Origin: an uncultured Phaeodactylibacter sp.
GTDB taxonomy: Bacteria > Bacteroidota > Bacteroidia > Chitinophagales > Saprospiraceae
Direction of reading: 5' to 3'
DNA length: 48,250 nucleotides
NCBI GenBank assembly: GCA_964454855.1
Contig: CAYVVK010000001.1
Span: 8,652-56,901, forward strand
Shown: one piece after another, positions 35,930-45,972 of the stretch
Layout: each line of letters opens with the position of its first letter
Position numbering within the stretch: position 1 is the first letter of the stretch
Notes under the pieces: generated by a model
Database searches by the model: none
What the model saw: the letters and a program-made list of their open reading frames with translations, nothing else
Told to the model about the DNA's origin: nothing
Position numbers and translations under genes: made by a program

Positions 35930-37681
35930 CTACTCCTCTTCCTCTTGCACCGGCTTTCCCTGTGCAATGGTATTGCTGATGCGTTCCAGGCGGCGGGTAA
36001 TGTCGTCGTGGCGTTTGTCCAGCTTTTCGATCTGCGCCTTTTCCTTTTCGAGCATCAGGTCGAACTTGTCGAAATTGCCTTCGATCTTCACTTTGAGGTT
36101 TTTGATGTAGGCTTTCAGGTTGGTGCTGACCTCTTCTTCCAGTTTTTTGCGCCCCTTTTGCACCTCTGTGTGGAAACCGTCTATGATCTTCCGGCGCTTT
36201 ACCCGGGAGGAGATACCGGCAAACAGCAGGCCGATGGCGGTGAGAATGCCGCCCGTAATATCGAAGACCATACCCTGGGCCACGGCGGCCAGTATCAGGC
36301 CCACTACGGCCAGGCCGCTGCCGGTGGCGACGTTGGGCGCCAGGGTGTTCTTATCGGGAAAGAGGCTCTGGTCTGTGAAGTTTTCCGCCCGGTTGACGAA
36401 GCGGGAGAACTCTTCCTGTAATTCTCTGAGGACGTTATTGCGCTTCTCGGCGATATCGCTGAAAAGCTCGTGGTCGTCGCGCAGTATGGTTTTGCTGTTT
36501 CGAATATTCAGGTCAATGATCTTGGCCATCTGCTGTACGCTGTCGGCCAGGTCTACCACGCCGCTGTTGAGCTTGTTGCGCAGTTCCTCGTTCAGTTCCG
36601 TTTCCATCTCTACGGCCAGGTTGTCGAGCCAGTCTTTGGCGGAGGCTTTTTTCGTGAAAACAGCAGATATGGAGCGTTTTAAAAGAGCGAAGAACGACAG
36701 GCCATTGCTCAGTTCGTCGGCTTTGCTGCGGGTGATGCGGTCATAGCCCGCCAGCAGGTTCTCCACCAGCACATCCACCTGCTTAAGGCTTTTGGCCTCC
36801 TGGGCCTCGAGCGTCTCGTGGATGTCCTGCCGAAACTCCACATCCGCCTTGTACTGGGCGTGGCGGAGCGAAAGGCCGTCGCTGATCCGCTGGTTGATGT
36901 TTTTCGAAGTCTCTATGTTGTTCTGCAGTTTGAGGATGGGCGCCCGGCCGCCGGTAATGTTCTCCTTGATGTAGTTTCGCACTTCCTTAAAGCCGCTTTC
37001 TTCTTTCTGCCCGTTTATTTCCATTTTGGCGGATACGGAGAAGATGTTAGGGCCCTTTACGCCTTTTTTCTCTGCATATTCCTCCAGCCCACTCTCATTC
37101 ACGGCCAGGTCTTCGGCCGGCATGAGGTCTTTTTGCTGAAGGACGAAAATGATCTTCTTGCGCCACTCGCTGTGAATGTAGTCGAAAAATTCCCAGGCAG
37201 ATTGACGATAGGGGTTTTTGGCTTCGAATACGAATACGATGAGGTCGGATGCAGGAATGAAGTTCTCTGTGATCTGTTGATGGTGCTCCACAATGGTGTT
37301 GGTCCCCGGGGTATCGACAATGGCGATCTCCTTGAGGATGTCCACCGGCAGAAGGATCTTCTTCAGATAGGGGTTGATGGTAATCACCTCTTCCTTTTCG
37401 CCGTAAAGTATTTGCTGTATGTTATCTGTCATGGGCTGGGGCGCCGCTTTGGCCACCTCCCTGCCGGTATCGAGCAGGGCGTTGATGAAACTGCTTTTTC
37501 CGGATTTTACCTCGCCGACGATGACGAACATAAAAGGTTCGTGAATGCGGTTGCGCAGGCTGCTTACCGTTTCTGCCAGCTCTTCATTGCCGATCTGGAT
37601 GGCCAGCTCGTGCAGGTCTTTGATGATCTCGTCTACCTGAGCGCGGTAAGACTGTAGATGTTGGTTAATCAGTTTGGACAC
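35930..37681 (-). CDS. bacterial dynamin-like GTPase
   Basis: G1 GEVKSGKSSFINALL, G3 DTPGTN, G4-like LQQKD, a hydrophobic paddle/hairpin GLAVVGLILAAVAQGMVFDITGGILTAIGLLFAGI, and a coiled-coil tail. GTG start. Confidence 0.85.
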   Translation of the reverse strand: MSKLINQHLQSYRAQVDEIIKDLHELAIQIGNEELAETVSSLRNRIHEPFMFVIVGEVKSGKSSFINALLDTGREVAKAAPQPMTDNIQQILYGEKEEVITINPYLKKILLPVDILKEIAIVDTPGTNTIVEHHQQITENFIPASDLIVFVFEAKNPYRQSAWEFFDYIHSEWRKKIIFVLQQKDLMPAEDLAVNESGLEEYAEKKGVKGPNIFSVSAKMEINGQKEESGFKEVRNYIKENITGGRAPILKLQNNIETSKNINQRISDGLSLRHAQYKADVEFRQDIHETLEAQEAKSLKQVDVLVENLLAGYDRITRSKADELSNGLSFFALLKRSISAVFTKKASAKDWLDNLAVEMETELNEELRNKLNSGVVDLADSVQQMAKIIDLNIRNSKTILRDDHELFSDIAEKRNNVLRELQEEFSRFVNRAENFTDQSLFPDKNTLAPNVATGSGLAVVGLILAAVAQGMVFDITGGILTAIGLLFAGISSRVKRRKIIDGFHTEVQKGRKKLEEEVSTNLKAYIKNLKVKIEGNFDKFDLMLEKEKAQIEKLDKRHDDITRRLERISNTIAQGKPVQEEEE

Positions 37682-37691
37682 AAAAACAGGT

Positions 37692-38345
37692 TTAGTTTTG
37701 CATGATGAACGAGCCCTCCAGCAAGGCCGAAGCCTCAGGGCCGGTACAGAATAGCAGATCTAAAATACTCAAATTGGGTAAGAACCCATGCTTTTCCTTA
37801 AAAACCTGTGGATAGGCAATAGGTTCAAAGTGTGGGTCGGGGCGGCGGCGGTGGGCCTTGGGGTGAATGGCGTTGCGCAGGCCTTTAATTGAAGCAGGCG
37901 GCTCTGCAAGGTATGCCTCCGTGAGTTGCAGCCTGCAATCCAGAGACAGCAACTCCATCATTTTTTGCAACAGGGCCCAGGAAAGATCAAAGAGATATTC
38001 GAAGCGCTTCTGGTAGAAAGGCCGGAGCTCGCCGGCGTAAAATTCGTAGTAGGGGGCATTGCCATAGGCGGAGCGTATTCCCGCCCAGTGTTGTGATTGC
38101 CAGGGTTCCTTGTAGGCGATCTTTACTTCGCGGATGTGCTGTTGTTCGTTTTTTCCCTGCTGCAGGGGAATGGATAAGCGCAGCACCCCATTGGCCCCTG
38201 CAATATGGCAGCGGTTGCGATAGCTCCCTTTCTGGTAATTTTCCTGCTGTTCGATATAAACCACAGGGTAGTGGGCCAATTTGGAAAAATACCGGATACA
38301 GGGAAGGTAATGCAATTCCAAAAGGGCGGCTTCAAATTCTTGCAT
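37692..38345 (-). CDS. WbqC family protein
   Basis: LHYLPCIRYFSKLAHYPVVYIEQQENYQKGSYRNRCHI is typical of the WbqC-like family. 217 aa. Lies 10 nt upstream of the dynamin-like gene. Confidence 0.75.
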   Translation of the reverse strand: MQEFEAALLELHYLPCIRYFSKLAHYPVVYIEQQENYQKGSYRNRCHIAGANGVLRLSIPLQQGKNEQQHIREVKIAYKEPWQSQHWAGIRSAYGNAPYYEFYAGELRPFYQKRFEYLFDLSWALLQKMMELLSLDCRLQLTEAYLAEPPASIKGLRNAIHPKAHRRRPDPHFEPIAYPQVFKEKHGFLPNLSILDLLFCTGPEASALLEGSFIMQN

Positions 38346-38570
38346 GCGTCTACGGGCTTATTCGCCGCAAATGTCGGAAATGTTAACGGGATTTCCCACT
38401 ACCAACTGCCGGCATTAAAGATCCTCATAAGAAGAAGTTTTAGGTATAAATATAACGGCAGATCCGCCAGGGCACATCATCCGAATGCGCTAAAAAATGT
38501 AAGAGTTCCGGTGAAAAGGGATAGAATGCCTATCTTCGTGGCCTCTGTAGAAAGCGAAAAATTCCGGTGC

Positions 38571-40070
38571 ATGATCAATAGGAACCGTATATTCCTGGGA
38601 GCGATGGCTGTTCTGTTGCTGGCCAACCTTTTGGTGATGAACGATTTCACCTCGCTCTGGGAGGGGGCCGAGTCATTCTTAGCCTGGCGCGCCCTGCATG
38701 GGGAAGCAGGCAGCAGCCCCCAGGAATGGATCATGGCTCTGTCCTTTGGCAGTGGGCAAGTTCCTCATTTCACCATGCGCCTTCCGGGCGCGATTGTTTT
38801 TTTGCTCACTTTGGGGGCCTACTGGCTGATGTCTGAGCGCCTCTTCGGCCGGGAAGTGGCTCTCACAACGCTGCTGCTTGCGGCAGCCTCTCTTCTACTA
38901 CCCAATATGGCAAAAGTGGCAGCTGGCGATATCTGGGCGATGGGCAGCCAATGGCTGGCTTTTACCGCTATGTTGCGGTATCTGAAGCAACCTAAGCTGA
39001 GCTGGCGGTTGTCATTTTACGGCCTTTTCTTTTTCGCCATCTGGATACAGGCTGCCAACAGCCTTGTTTTCCTGTTGGGCAGCAGCGCCTTTCTTTATTT
39101 CGCCCATCCGCAGGGCAGGCGCCTTTGGGGCCTGAACCCCTGGCTGTTTGGGCTGGCTGCCGCCGGCCTGCTCTATACCACGCAGCTTATCAGTTTCAGC
39201 AACCACAGCTTTGTCGTCGGTTTTCACAGCGGGCGGTTTTTACTGTGGAACCTTATAGGAGTGCTGCCTTTTGCAGGCTTTGTCGTAGCCGGCATCTGGG
39301 AAACCGGGAAACAGGCCCGCAGGCGCGAGGAACTGGCACTGGTCAATACTGCTGCCTTGCTGTTCGCTCTGGCCGGCCATTCCCTGGCCTTGCAAGGGCT
39401 GCTGGCAGCCCTTGCTGCCCGGCAGGCCATCCGGTATTTTGATGCCAATTATCCTTTCCGGCCTATCGTAAAAACGACGGCTCTTCTTCATCTGTTATTC
39501 GCCTTTTTTGCAATTATGGCGCTAATGATAGGGAGCTTCCTTCAGTTTGGCGGCCTGGGTTTCCGTTCGGCCATTGCCGGGAGCCTGACCTACTGGATGT
39601 CCAGCTTTGTGGCGGTATTGGGGATGTTTGGTGAAAAAAGGGATTATGTATTAGGGGGAACGGCGCTGAGTGGCATGTTGCTGATATTGCTTTTCTGGTT
39701 GCAGCTCAACCCCCTGCTGGAAAGCAAGCGGGACTGGCCGAGGGAGCTGGTAAAACAGGCGGCAGACAAGGTGCCGCAGGAAAGGGAAATTACTGCCTTT
39801 CTTCTTTTAAGGGATAGTGCTGCTTTTCCTGCCCTGGCGCCTTACACCAAAGCTGTTTTTCCAAAAACCGTGCTTCTGGACAACCGTGCACAGCTTGAAG
39901 AAGCCTGGGCCGGAAAAACCAAAGGCTTGTTTTTACTGGAAAAGGAAGTGGCGGATAGCCTCAATCCGGGCCTGGCCTCAGCCATTCGGGCGGATAGTGT
40001 GCCGCTGGTGGTAAAGGGCTGGAATACCCGCCTCCGGGCCCAGGAATATACTGTTTTGCTAAAGGACTAA
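38571..40070 (+). CDS. polytopic membrane protein, ArnT/PMT-like (GT39/GT83-type) glycosyltransferase candidate
   Basis: About 11 predicted TM helices and an N-terminal loop pattern resembling ArnT-type enzymes. The ORF-track start at 38205 overlaps wbqC on the opposite strand, so ATG 38571 (or 38526) is preferred. Confidence 0.55.
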   Translation: MINRNRIFLGAMAVLLLANLLVMNDFTSLWEGAESFLAWRALHGEAGSSPQEWIMALSFGSGQVPHFTMRLPGAIVFLLTLGAYWLMSERLFGREVALTTLLLAAASLLLPNMAKVAAGDIWAMGSQWLAFTAMLRYLKQPKLSWRLSFYGLFFFAIWIQAANSLVFLLGSSAFLYFAHPQGRRLWGLNPWLFGLAAAGLLYTTQLISFSNHSFVVGFHSGRFLLWNLIGVLPFAGFVVAGIWETGKQARRREELALVNTAALLFALAGHSLALQGLLAALAARQAIRYFDANYPFRPIVKTTALLHLLFAFFAIMALMIGSFLQFGGLGFRSAIAGSLTYWMSSFVAVLGMFGEKRDYVLGGTALSGMLLILLFWLQLNPLLESKRDWPRELVKQAADKVPQEREITAFLLLRDSAAFPALAPYTKAVFPKTVLLDNRAQLEEAWAGKTKGLFLLEKEVADSLNPGLASAIRADSVPLVVKGWNTRLRAQEYTVLLKD

Positions 40071-40198
40071 GAACTCTGGAAGATGAAATAAAGCAAAACC
40101 AAAAGGACTATGGTGGAGACCACTACAACGGCCATGATCTTCTTTTCATCCCGCTGGTCGCGCAGTTCCCGGCGCCTTTGTTTTTTAGATTTTGCCAT
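40067..40198 (-). CDS. small single-pass membrane protein (43 aa), not in the ORF track
   Basis: Manual translation gives MAKSKKQRRRELRDQRDEKKIMAVVVVSTIVLLVLLYFIFQSS: a basic N-terminus plus one TM helix. Its stop overlaps the stop of the convergent gene. Confidence 0.3.
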   Translation of the reverse strand: MAKSKKQRRRELRDQRDEKKIMAVVVVSTIVLLVLLYFIFQSS

Positions 40199-40262
40199 AA
40201 GTGCTATTTTTTGTTGGTTATATGCTTAATTAAGCCCTGTTAAGATAAAGAATTTTAAAGCA

Positions 40263-41105
40263 ATGTTACACCCACATCAAACATTAAATTGCCGGGGAAG
40301 GCTGCTGAGCCTCGAAAAGCCACTGGTAATGGGGATTCTCAATATTACTCCGGACTCCTTCTTTGACGGTGGGCTGTACACCAAGGAGAAGGCCATCCTG
40401 GGGCAGGCAGAGCGCATGCTGGAAGAAGGCGCTGGCATCATAGATGTGGGAGGCATGTCCTCCCGGCCGGGAGCGGAACTGATCCCGGTAGAAGAAGAAC
40501 TCGCCAGGGTAGTGCCGGCCATTACCGCCATTCACCGGCGCTTTCCGGAAGCCATTATGTCCATAGATACTGTACGGGCTGCCGTGGCCGGGGAGGCGGT
40601 AGGCGCCGGAGCGGCCATCGTCAATGACATCTCCGCCGGCCGTTTTGATGAGGAAATGTACGCGGCTGTTGCCCAACTCGATGTGCCCTACATTTTAATG
40701 CATATGCAGGGTACGCCCGAAACCATGCAAAAGGCCCCGGCCTACGAGGATGCGGTGAAGGAGGTGCTGGATTTTTTTATCGCGGAAACCGGCAAGCTGC
40801 GCGCCCTTGGAGTTAAAGACATTATCCTCGACCCGGGCTTTGGTTTCGGAAAAGCGGTAGCACACAATTATCAACTGCTGAAGCAGCTGCATGTCTTTCG
40901 CATTCTGGACTGCCCGCTTCTGGCAGGCCTGTCACGCAAATCCATGATCAACCGCGTACTGGGCGTTAAGGCGGCTGATGCCCTCAACGGAACAACCGCG
41001 CTGAATATGCTGGCCCTGCAGCAGGGCGCCAAAATTCTTCGGGTGCACGATGTGCGCCCTGCGGTAGAAACCGTTAAATTGTGGGAACAATTTGAAAAAA
41101 CATAA
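40263..41105 (+). CDS. folP: dihydropteroate synthase
   Basis: GILNITPDSFFDGG, DVGGMSSRPG, and DPGFGFGK motifs. 280 aa. Confidence 0.95.
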   Translation: MLHPHQTLNCRGRLLSLEKPLVMGILNITPDSFFDGGLYTKEKAILGQAERMLEEGAGIIDVGGMSSRPGAELIPVEEELARVVPAITAIHRRFPEAIMSIDTVRAAVAGEAVGAGAAIVNDISAGRFDEEMYAAVAQLDVPYILMHMQGTPETMQKAPAYEDAVKEVLDFFIAETGKLRALGVKDIILDPGFGFGKAVAHNYQLLKQLHVFRILDCPLLAGLSRKSMINRVLGVKAADALNGTTALNMLALQQGAKILRVHDVRPAVETVKLWEQFEKT

Positions 41106-41110
41106 GTATT

Positions 41111-42529
41111 GTGCCTTCCCTGACGGAAAACGATATTAAAAAAGCAGCTCTTCGCTTTCTGAAGAGCCATTACCGGCAGCGGCAACGCGAGGGGCGCGCC
41201 GTGCTGAGCTCGGACATGCGCGGAGCAGGAGGCATCATTGCCGATGGCTTTCTGTCCTTTCCGCAACAGGAAGGCGAGATCTTCCGGGCCACCCTTGAAG
41301 CCACGTCTTACGATTCCCGGGACGAGGTGCGGTTCAAAAAGCGCCGGCGCCTCCTTTGGTGGGACAGCACGGCACTGGCCTTGCTTCTGGGTGCAGTACT
41401 GCTGTCAACAGCCTACATCAGTGGGTATTTTTCCGTGCGGGAGATAGGCGCGGCGCTTTCCCTGGCCTTTCTGGCCATGGCCATCACTTTTATTTTTTTC
41501 TTTTTCTATACCGTGCTGCGGCCTTTGCGCCGTTATCGGTACATCTATGCCATCGAGCAGTTCAAACAGTATTATGCCGACGAGCAGTGGGTAGCCATCG
41601 GAGAAGACGTCTTTCCGAACTACCACGACGACGCCTACTACCTGGAGCTGCGCGACCAGTGCATCTACAACGGCTTCGGCCTGATGGTGATCCGGGAGAA
41701 CAAACCGCCCCTGATGCAGGTAACTCCTTCCCGGCAGGACCTCTTCCAGAACCGGCGGGATCTGATACCGCTTTTCTCCCAGGAAGAAGTGGGCAGAATA
41801 GCGGAGAGCACCAATTACCCAAACTGGCTGCGCCAGTTTGCGCCCCGCAATTTCATCGATTATCAGCGGCAGTATAAATACCAGATGATCCTGTGCGGCA
41901 TATCGCTCCTGTTCATTGGCGCTGTTTTTTACGAAGAATTAAAAATATCCGAAGTGAAAGTGGAGGATGAGCAGGCCTACCGCAGGAGGATGCTGGAGGT
42001 GAAAGAGGCCAACCGCGGCAATCAGCTGCCTCAAACGCTCACTCCATCTGATTACGTAATGGACACCCCCTACGTTTGGCCGCCGCCCGTTCGGGCCGAT
42101 GCCGAACCCTACCGGGGCCTGGGCCTGGCCATCGGCCCGCCGCCCGGGCCTGCACCGCTGCCTGCTCCTGATCAGCAGCGGGGAGACTTTTTCGTCGGTA
42201 GCCCCGGCCTGGAGGGGCTCGTACTTTACGACTGTTCGCGGCTCAACGTCCGGGGAGAGGCCTTCATGCTTCAGGAAGGAGTGTACGCTTCCTTTGCTGA
42301 GGCCGTAGAGCGCATCGAGCAGCTGAAGGCTTTTGGCCTGGAGGCCAGTGGGGTATGGCTGGGTTGTTTCAATGGCGGGCAGCGTAGCTATGCCGTGTAT
42401 TTTGGCCTGCTGTTCCGGGAGGAGCAGGAGGTTCGGCAGGCACTTGAGGAGTTCGAAAACCAATTGGGAGACAATGTGTTAGAGATAAATATAGTAATCC
42501 GAGCGCTTTCCGCGAATACCGCAGAATAA
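41111..42529 (+). CDS. hypothetical membrane protein with a Pro-rich linker and a SPOR-like C-terminal domain
   Basis: GTG start 5 nt after folP. Has TM helices, a PPPGPAPLPAP linker, and a C-terminal alpha/beta unit (FMLQEGVYASFAEAVERIEQLKAFGL...YAVYFGLLFREEQEVRQALEEF). Confidence 0.6.
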   Translation: MPSLTENDIKKAALRFLKSHYRQRQREGRAVLSSDMRGAGGIIADGFLSFPQQEGEIFRATLEATSYDSRDEVRFKKRRRLLWWDSTALALLLGAVLLSTAYISGYFSVREIGAALSLAFLAMAITFIFFFFYTVLRPLRRYRYIYAIEQFKQYYADEQWVAIGEDVFPNYHDDAYYLELRDQCIYNGFGLMVIRENKPPLMQVTPSRQDLFQNRRDLIPLFSQEEVGRIAESTNYPNWLRQFAPRNFIDYQRQYKYQMILCGISLLFIGAVFYEELKISEVKVEDEQAYRRRMLEVKEANRGNQLPQTLTPSDYVMDTPYVWPPPVRADAEPYRGLGLAIGPPPGPAPLPAPDQQRGDFFVGSPGLEGLVLYDCSRLNVRGEAFMLQEGVYASFAEAVERIEQLKAFGLEASGVWLGCFNGGQRSYAVYFGLLFREEQEVRQALEEFENQLGDNVLEINIVIRALSANTAE

Positions 42530-42534
42530 ATTCT

Positions 42535-43503
42535 ATGCCACTGATCAGAACATCGACTTACCGTGCCCGGGGTATTTTCCGCAATGCACATATCAATACC
42601 ATTTATCCTGCGATTTTCCGCAAGGTGAAAGGCCTGTGTTATGAACGGGAACGCATCTCCACCCGTGACGGTGACTTTCTGGACCTGGATTGGTCACCGG
42701 TAGGAAGCAAAAAGCTGGCGCTCATCCTGCATGGGCTGGAAGGTGGCGCCGACAGGCCATACGTTCGGGGAATGGCGCGCTACTTTAACAGAAAGGGCAG
42801 GGATGCGCTGGGCCTTAATTTTCGGGGCTGCAGTGGCGAGCCCAATCGGAAACTACGTTCCTACCACGTCGGGGAAACCAACGACCTGCGCCGGGTGCTG
42901 GCCCACTGCATCGATAATCGCAAATACGAATCCATTGTGCTCATCGGTTTCAGCCTGGGCGGCAATGTGCTGCTGAAATATCTGGGAGAGCAGCCGGAGG
43001 AGGTCCCCCCGGAAGTCCGGGCAGGTGTGGCTTTTTCGGTGCCCTGCCACGTGGAGAGCGCCAACCGGGAGATCGACCGCTGGCACAACTGGCCCTACCG
43101 GCAGCGTTTTATGGGTAGCCTGAACGCAAAAATACTGGAGAAGGCTCAGCTCTTTCCGCAAAGGGTTTCTATTCCTCACCCGCTGCCCCGGGATTTCGGA
43201 ACCTTCGATGATGTATTCACTGCGCCCATTCATGGCTTCAGGGATGCTCAGGATTACTGGGCGCAAAACAGCAGCCTGCAATTTTTGCCTAAGCTGGCCC
43301 GGCCTGCGCTGCTCGTCAGCGCCCTGGACGATTCTTTCCTGAGCAGCAAATGCTATCCTTTCGAACTGGCGAAAGGGCATAGCCGGCTGTTCCTGGAAAC
43401 GCCGCGGCAGGGCGGCCACGTGGGTTTTGTGAGCCGGGGAGAAACCTACTGGTCGGAACACCGGGCTTATGAATTTGTGGAAGAAATGGCGGGCGGTACT
43501 TAA
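42535..43503 (+). CDS. alpha/beta hydrolase (YheT/COG0429-like)
   Basis: LILHGLEGGADRPY, nucleophile elbow GFSLGG, and C-terminal GGHVGF. 322 aa. Confidence 0.85.
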   Translation: MPLIRTSTYRARGIFRNAHINTIYPAIFRKVKGLCYERERISTRDGDFLDLDWSPVGSKKLALILHGLEGGADRPYVRGMARYFNRKGRDALGLNFRGCSGEPNRKLRSYHVGETNDLRRVLAHCIDNRKYESIVLIGFSLGGNVLLKYLGEQPEEVPPEVRAGVAFSVPCHVESANREIDRWHNWPYRQRFMGSLNAKILEKAQLFPQRVSIPHPLPRDFGTFDDVFTAPIHGFRDAQDYWAQNSSLQFLPKLARPALLVSALDDSFLSSKCYPFELAKGHSRLFLETPRQGGHVGFVSRGETYWSEHRAYEFVEEMAGGT

Positions 43504-43605
43504 ATCTTCGTTAAAACCCACCCCTGATAAATATATTCGCCTATTTTCCGGTTTAATTGAGAGAAGCTCCTTTTAATTACTATCCGGGCGCATCTTAACT
43601 AAAAC

Positions 43606-45972
43606 ATGCAGGAAGAAACAGAAAATACTCAGGCAGAACAAGGCCCGCTTCCCTGGTGGAAAGCCCTGGCCATTGTCGCCTGGCGCTGGTTCAAGCGCCT
43701 GGTGGCTGTCGTGCTTTTGTTCTTTCTGATGCTTTCTCTCGCCCTGCAGGTGCCCGCCGTTCAAAACTGGGCGGCGCAAAAAGTGACCACCTCTCTCAGT
43801 AATGCCCTGGAAACTACGGTCTCCATCGACCGCCTGAACCTCGCATTCCTCGACCGCCTCGTTCTGGAAGAACTATATGTGGAAGGCCTTACCCCCGGCG
43901 ATACCGCCTTGTACAGCAAACGCCTCTACGCCAACATCAACATCAATCCCATTACCTACTTCCTGCGGGGCCTGGTGGTGGAAGAGGTGGAACTGGATAG
44001 CGCTATCATCAATATCAGAAAAGCTGAAGGCGCCAGAGAGCACAACATACAGATATTGCTGGGCCGGCTATTTCCCGGGGATGCGGCTAATGAAAAAAAA
44101 GCTAAACGGCCATTTAGGCTGGATGTGCAGAAGCTCACCCTTACCAAAGTCCATTTTCTGCAGGATGATAAAGTACGGGGCCAACGCCTTTCCGTCCGCC
44201 TGGACAGAGGCGAGATCGACATCCACGAGCTCAACCTGCCCGAAAATTACGTGCACGCCAATTCCGTAATCCTGGAAGGGCCCTATTTCAGGATCGACGA
44301 TTATCCGGAAAAACCTTTGGCCGAAGAGGAGGAAGATCAGGCCCCTGAAACGCCGGCAGAGGCAGAAGACAGGCGCCCTTTTTACGCCACCATCGGCAGC
44401 TTCCGCCTTAACGACGGAAAGTTCTCTCTGCACAACTGGCGGCTGGCGCCCCAGAAAACGACTCCTATCGACGAGCTGGACTTCCGCCACCTGGACGTTT
44501 TTGACATCAACATCGGAATCGACTACTTTTCTTTCTGCGAAGACAGCCTCAGCTTCGAGGGGCAGGTCAATGAGATCGCCCTGCAGGACCTTAGCGGGTT
44601 TGTACTGGAGAAACTTGCCGTAGATCAGGCGAAAGTGTCGAACAAGGGCGTGGAGCTGTACGGGATGAACCTGAAAACGCCTTATTCCGATATTGGAGAT
44701 ACCCTGGCCTTTAAGTACAGCTCCTACGAAGCTTTTACGGAATTCCCGGACCAGGTGCGGCTGCACTTGCATCTGAATGACGCTAAAGTGACTCTGCGTG
44801 ATATTATGACATTCGCTCCGGGCCTGAAGGAAAACACCTTTTTTCGCCTCAACCGCGAGCGTCTGGTGTTCATGGATGGCCTCTTCAACGGGCGTATTAA
44901 CAACCTTGATGGCGAAGATCTCCTCATTGCCCTGGAAGACAACAGCCTGGTCATACAAGGAGAATTTCGTTCGCGTGACCTGACGGTGCGGCAGAGCGAA
45001 ACCCTCAACCTCAACCTGGAACGCCTGAAAACGAGCATGAATACCCTGCGCCAACTCATTCCCAATTTCACCCCTCCTCCAAACTTCGACCGCCTGGGGC
45101 AGCTCAATTTCGAGGGCCGCTTTGATGGTTACTTTTCTGATTTCGTGGCCTACGGTAAGTTGGTAAGCAGCATCGGAAGGGCCCGTATGGACATGCGCAT
45201 GAACCTCAAGGAAGGCAGGGCGCGGGCCAGCTATTCCGGAAAATTGTCCCTTACGGATTTCGACCTGGCGGAATGGTCGCAAAACCCTGATTTCGGCCTG
45301 GTAAACTTTACCTCCGAAGTGAAGAACGGCGTGGGGCTTACTGCGGAAACAGCCAGTGCAGAGCTGGCTGCCCAGGTAAAAAGCTTCGCCTTTAAAGGCT
45401 ACAATTACGAAAATGCCAACCTGACAGGGGAACTGAAGAAAAACCTCTTCAGCGGGAATTTTGCGATCCAGGATGAAAATATAGACTTTTCCTTCCTGGG
45501 TAGAGTCGATTTTACCGACACCATTCCCTCTTTCAACTTCGATGCCTCGGTGAATAAACTCGACCTGCTGGCGCTGAACCTGGCCGAACAACAGCTGGTG
45601 ATTTCCGGAGATATTACCCTGGACCTTCAGGATAGCCGGCTGGCGAACATTCAGGGTATGGGAAAGGTGAAGAATTTCCTGCTGCAGCACGGGCGGCTGG
45701 GTGAGATACCCATCGATTCCGTCTTCTTCAGTTCACAGTTCGTGGATGGCGGGGAGCGGGTCTTTCTCATCCGCTCTGACATTGCCGATGCAGACTTTAA
45801 AGGGACTTTTGATATCGAACAAGTGCCGGCGGCATTTATGCAGTATCTGTCGGATAATTATCCGGAATTCTTTCATCGCCTGGGCCTCAAGGCGCCGGAA
45901 AAAGAGGTTGGCCAGCAACGCTTCACCTTTGATATCGAGGTGTTCGACACCAAAAGCCTGCTTGCTGTGTGA
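43606..45972 (+). CDS. TamB-like translocation/assembly module protein, N-terminal part (frameshifted)
   Basis: An N-terminal signal-anchor helix is followed by long beta-rich repeats typical of AsmA/TamB proteins. The frame ends at TGA 45970-45972 while frame +2 stays open. Confidence 0.75.
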   Translation: MQEETENTQAEQGPLPWWKALAIVAWRWFKRLVAVVLLFFLMLSLALQVPAVQNWAAQKVTTSLSNALETTVSIDRLNLAFLDRLVLEELYVEGLTPGDTALYSKRLYANININPITYFLRGLVVEEVELDSAIINIRKAEGAREHNIQILLGRLFPGDAANEKKAKRPFRLDVQKLTLTKVHFLQDDKVRGQRLSVRLDRGEIDIHELNLPENYVHANSVILEGPYFRIDDYPEKPLAEEEEDQAPETPAEAEDRRPFYATIGSFRLNDGKFSLHNWRLAPQKTTPIDELDFRHLDVFDINIGIDYFSFCEDSLSFEGQVNEIALQDLSGFVLEKLAVDQAKVSNKGVELYGMNLKTPYSDIGDTLAFKYSSYEAFTEFPDQVRLHLHLNDAKVTLRDIMTFAPGLKENTFFRLNRERLVFMDGLFNGRINNLDGEDLLIALEDNSLVIQGEFRSRDLTVRQSETLNLNLERLKTSMNTLRQLIPNFTPPPNFDRLGQLNFEGRFDGYFSDFVAYGKLVSSIGRARMDMRMNLKEGRARASYSGKLSLTDFDLAEWSQNPDFGLVNFTSEVKNGVGLTAETASAELAAQVKSFAFKGYNYENANLTGELKKNLFSGNFAIQDENIDFSFLGRVDFTDTIPSFNFDASVNKLDLLALNLAEQQLVISGDITLDLQDSRLANIQGMGKVKNFLLQHGRLGEIPIDSVFFSSQFVDGGERVFLIRSDIADADFKGTFDIEQVPAAFMQYLSDNYPEFFHRLGLKAPEKEVGQQRFTFDIEVFDTKSLLAV

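Noticed and set aside
38205-38570. N-terminal extension of the membrane glycosyltransferase-like ORF
   Set aside because: The extension overlaps the wbqC coding region on the opposite strand and is not hydrophobic or signal-like. The internal ATG at 38571 precedes the first TM helix.
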